Assembly: GCA_037310415.1 (NCBI GenBank)
Contig: CP147780.1
Span: 2,656,001-2,720,000 of the forward strand
Direction: 5' to 3'
Source of the DNA: Candidatus Atabeyarchaeum deiterrae
GTDB lineage: Archaea > Asgardarchaeota > Atabeyarchaeia > Atabeyarchaeales > Atabeyarchaeaceae
Length of the DNA stretch: 64,000 nt
The notes beneath the pieces are model-generated. The model saw nothing but the letters and a program-made list of their open reading frames with translations. It did not search any database and was not told the origin of the DNA. The stretch's first letter is position 1, and each line of letters opens with the position of its first letter. A program made the translations under genes and the position numbers. This document shows positions 61,905-64,000 of the stretch, in pieces.

Positions 61905-62861
61905 TTATTCTTCTTTCACATAGTTCCTTAATATTCCAATTGACTCTATTTCAGCTTCTATTATGTCCCCAGGTTTCAAGAGTCTGGGTTCTGGTTTAGC
62001 GTAGATTCCAACGCCACCTGGAGTGCCAGTAGCAATAATATCTCCAGGTTCCAGAGTTATGGACTCTGAGATGAAGGAGATGATACGTGGGATCTTGAAG
62101 ATCATGTTGTTCGTAGAGCTGCTTTGTCGCACTTCACCGTTGACTTTCAACTGTATCTTCAGGTTGAGCGGATCTGGTATCTGATCTTTTGTAACGAGGC
62201 ATGGACCCATGGGCGCGAATGTGTCGAAGCTCTTCCCCCTGAAAAACTGCTTGTCGTTGAACTGTATGTCTCTCTCTGATATGTCGTTGAGGATAGTATA
62301 ACCCACAACATGTTCGTATGCTTCTTCTTCAGGAATTCTTCTGCCCTTCTTTCCAATCACTACAGCCAGCTCGACCTCATAGTCTAATTTCTTTCCCATC
62401 CTAGGGTAGATTACTGCGTCCTCTGTGCCTACGATGGCGGTCCAGGGCTTAGTGAATAGAACCGGATTCTCGGGTGGTGGGCGTCCACCTTCTTTGGCGT
62501 GATCTGGGTAATTAACTGCAAGACAGAAGATGTTTTTTGGGGTTCGAGGAATCGGTGCGAGGATCTTGATCTCTCCAAGTTTGTACGCAACCGTTTCCTT
62601 GCCTCTCTTGAACTTGAAAGTATCGCCAGCGATTTCCGCTTCAATTCTGTGAGCTAGGTCGCCTATTTTTCTCAACGGCGTGTCGCCGAGCGCGAAAAGC
62701 CTCAATAGGTCGGGGGGAATATCTCTGATTGCATCAGTTGGACTGATATTGTTGTATGAGGCGTAGGCAGAGTTCAAGTCAAGGACGATCATGCCCTGCT
62801 TGACTAATGCTCCTAAGCGCTGTTCACCGCTAGTAGATACCTTGAATGTTACCAGTTTCAA
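61905..62861 (-). CDS. Fumarylacetoacetate hydrolase family protein
   Basis: NYPDHAKE, DYEVELAVVIG, NDISERD, GKSFDT, GDIIATGTPGGVG. Confidence 0.93.
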   Translation of the reverse strand: MKLVTFKVSTSGEQRLGALVKQGMIVLDLNSAYASYNNISPTDAIRDIPPDLLRLFALGDTPLRKIGDLAHRIEAEIAGDTFKFKRGKETVAYKLGEIKILAPIPRTPKNIFCLAVNYPDHAKEGGRPPPENPVLFTKPWTAIVGTEDAVIYPRMGKKLDYEVELAVVIGKKGRRIPEEEAYEHVVGYTILNDISERDIQFNDKQFFRGKSFDTFAPMGPCLVTKDQIPDPLNLKIQLKVNGEVRQSSSTNNMIFKIPRIISFISESITLEPGDIIATGTPGGVGIYAKPEPRLLKPGDIIEAEIESIGILRNYVKEE

Positions 62862-62877
62862 CGTCTTGAGCCTCTTG

Positions 62878-63687
62878 TCATCTTAGACCGATGATCTTCT
62901 TAGCTTCGCTTGGCTCAGCGACTTCCCGACCCATCTCCTTTGCTAGCTTAACAAGGTTCTCCACCAACTGAGCAGTGTTCTCGGCCGGCACACCTTTCTT
63001 CACATATGGGTAGTCTTCAGTTCCAACGCGTACATGCCCGCCATCCAGTATTGAGAGTACTGCAATCTTTTGTTGGTCGGATCCCATTACGCTGATTGCA
63101 TAGACGGAATCAGGTGGGAGGTACTTCACTCTGTAGAAGTACTCTTCAGAAGTTGCAGGACTCCAAGTTCCACCAGGCCAACCAAAGAATAGCGTCTGGT
63201 AGTGTGGCGGCTCAAGCAACTTCTTCTTTATCAGGTAATTCAGGTTCCATATTGAACCTGTATTCCAGACTTCCCACTCTGGCTTTATTTTGGTCGCCCT
63301 GCATTTCTTGCAGTACTCTTCAAGCTCCTCGCGGGGGTGCAGCCTGTGGAAGTCTTTCCCAGTGAACGCTTCGTCGTGGTGATTCAGAATTATCGAGATC
63401 ATGTCGGGTTTATTCTCGAATATCTCTTTGCGCTCTTCGATAGGTTGGCTTGACATGCCGGCTTGAATGATGATGTCGCACTTATCGCGGATCCCGCTTA
63501 TGGTTTCTTTCCAGCCGCCAACTCCGTGGATGTGTGCAATGCTTGCTCCAGCTTCATAGCACTTTACGATTTCGTCGATTATTCCATCTGCTGTCTTTGG
63601 GTAGTTGGTCAGTTCGGGGTTGATCCATGAGAAATTCGGCGTTGCTGTGATGATCAGCTTCTCAGTCTCATTCTTCTTCGATAACAT
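62878..63687 (-). CDS. Beta-keto acid cleavage enzyme (BKACE/DUF849)
   Basis: AGASIAHIH, KPEWE, GGHVRVGTED, REVAEPSEAKKIIGL. Confidence 0.9.
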   Translation of the reverse strand: MLSKKNETEKLIITATPNFSWINPELTNYPKTADGIIDEIVKCYEAGASIAHIHGVGGWKETISGIRDKCDIIIQAGMSSQPIEERKEIFENKPDMISIILNHHDEAFTGKDFHRLHPREELEEYCKKCRATKIKPEWEVWNTGSIWNLNYLIKKKLLEPPHYQTLFFGWPGGTWSPATSEEYFYRVKYLPPDSVYAISVMGSDQQKIAVLSILDGGHVRVGTEDYPYVKKGVPAENTAQLVENLVKLAKEMGREVAEPSEAKKIIGLR

Positions 63688-63732
63688 AAATCGGCCCACC
63701 ATCCTTTTGGTTTGAATTGCCAGAGTTACCAT

Positions 63733-64000
63733 TTATCGGGCGGCCCATCCGCCATCCATGAGAATATCGGCTCCAGTCATATAAGAGGATTCATCACTTG
63801 CTAGAAACAGAATTCCTGTTGCAACTTCTTCTGGTTTAGCCCATCGACCCATAACGCCTTGTGATTCAAACTCCTTTCTCAGGTCTTCTGGATCCATGTT
63901 GCGTTGCTTCGCTTGTTTAGCGACGTCGCTTCGAAGCATCGGCGTGTCCGTTGCGCCCGGGCTCACACTATTGACTCGGATGTTGTAAGGTGCCAAATCC
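63733..64000 (-). CDS. Short-chain dehydrogenase/reductase, C-terminal part (runs off the window)
   Basis: IRVNSVSPGATDTPM, FLASDESSYMTG...DGG. Confidence 0.9.
   Translation of the reverse strand, partial: DLAPYNIRVNSVSPGATDTPMLRSDVAKQAKQRNMDPEDLRKEFESQGVMGRWAKPEEVATGILFLASDESSYMTGADILMDGGWAAR

Overview
Archaeal chromosomal segment. It has TATA/oligo-T signals, GGAGG/GGTGA ribosome-binding sites, archaeal-type TyrRS and a four-subunit POR. Two Rab-like GTPases, an arrestin-fold protein and V4R proteins suggest an Asgard archaeon (inference). The left ~19 kb is accessory: a ~220-nt non-coding rod-like inverted-repeat structure, an HTH-repeat/PD-(D/E)xK nuclease, a type IIG restriction-modification gene, a form IV RuBisCO-like gene, a ChrB/MFS/PadR module, gene remnants and four tandem Cys-motif paralogs. 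The rest is mostly metabolic/housekeeping (HtrA, intein-containing IscU, LeuCD-type isomerase, UbiX, PPDK, POR, TyrRS, an IlvD/FAH/BKACE/SDR cluster). Main finding: the RuBisCO-like gene looks truncated in the ORF track but is interrupted by a 28-nt insert (7481-7508) that folds as a bulge-helix-bulge (BHB) motif. Cutting at the canonical tRNA-splicing-endonuclease positions restores both the frame and the conserved GGGIHxHP motif, so it is a candidate archaeal mRNA intron in a metabolic gene. No tRNA, rRNA or CRISPR array was recognised. All calls come from motif recognition by eye; no searches were run.
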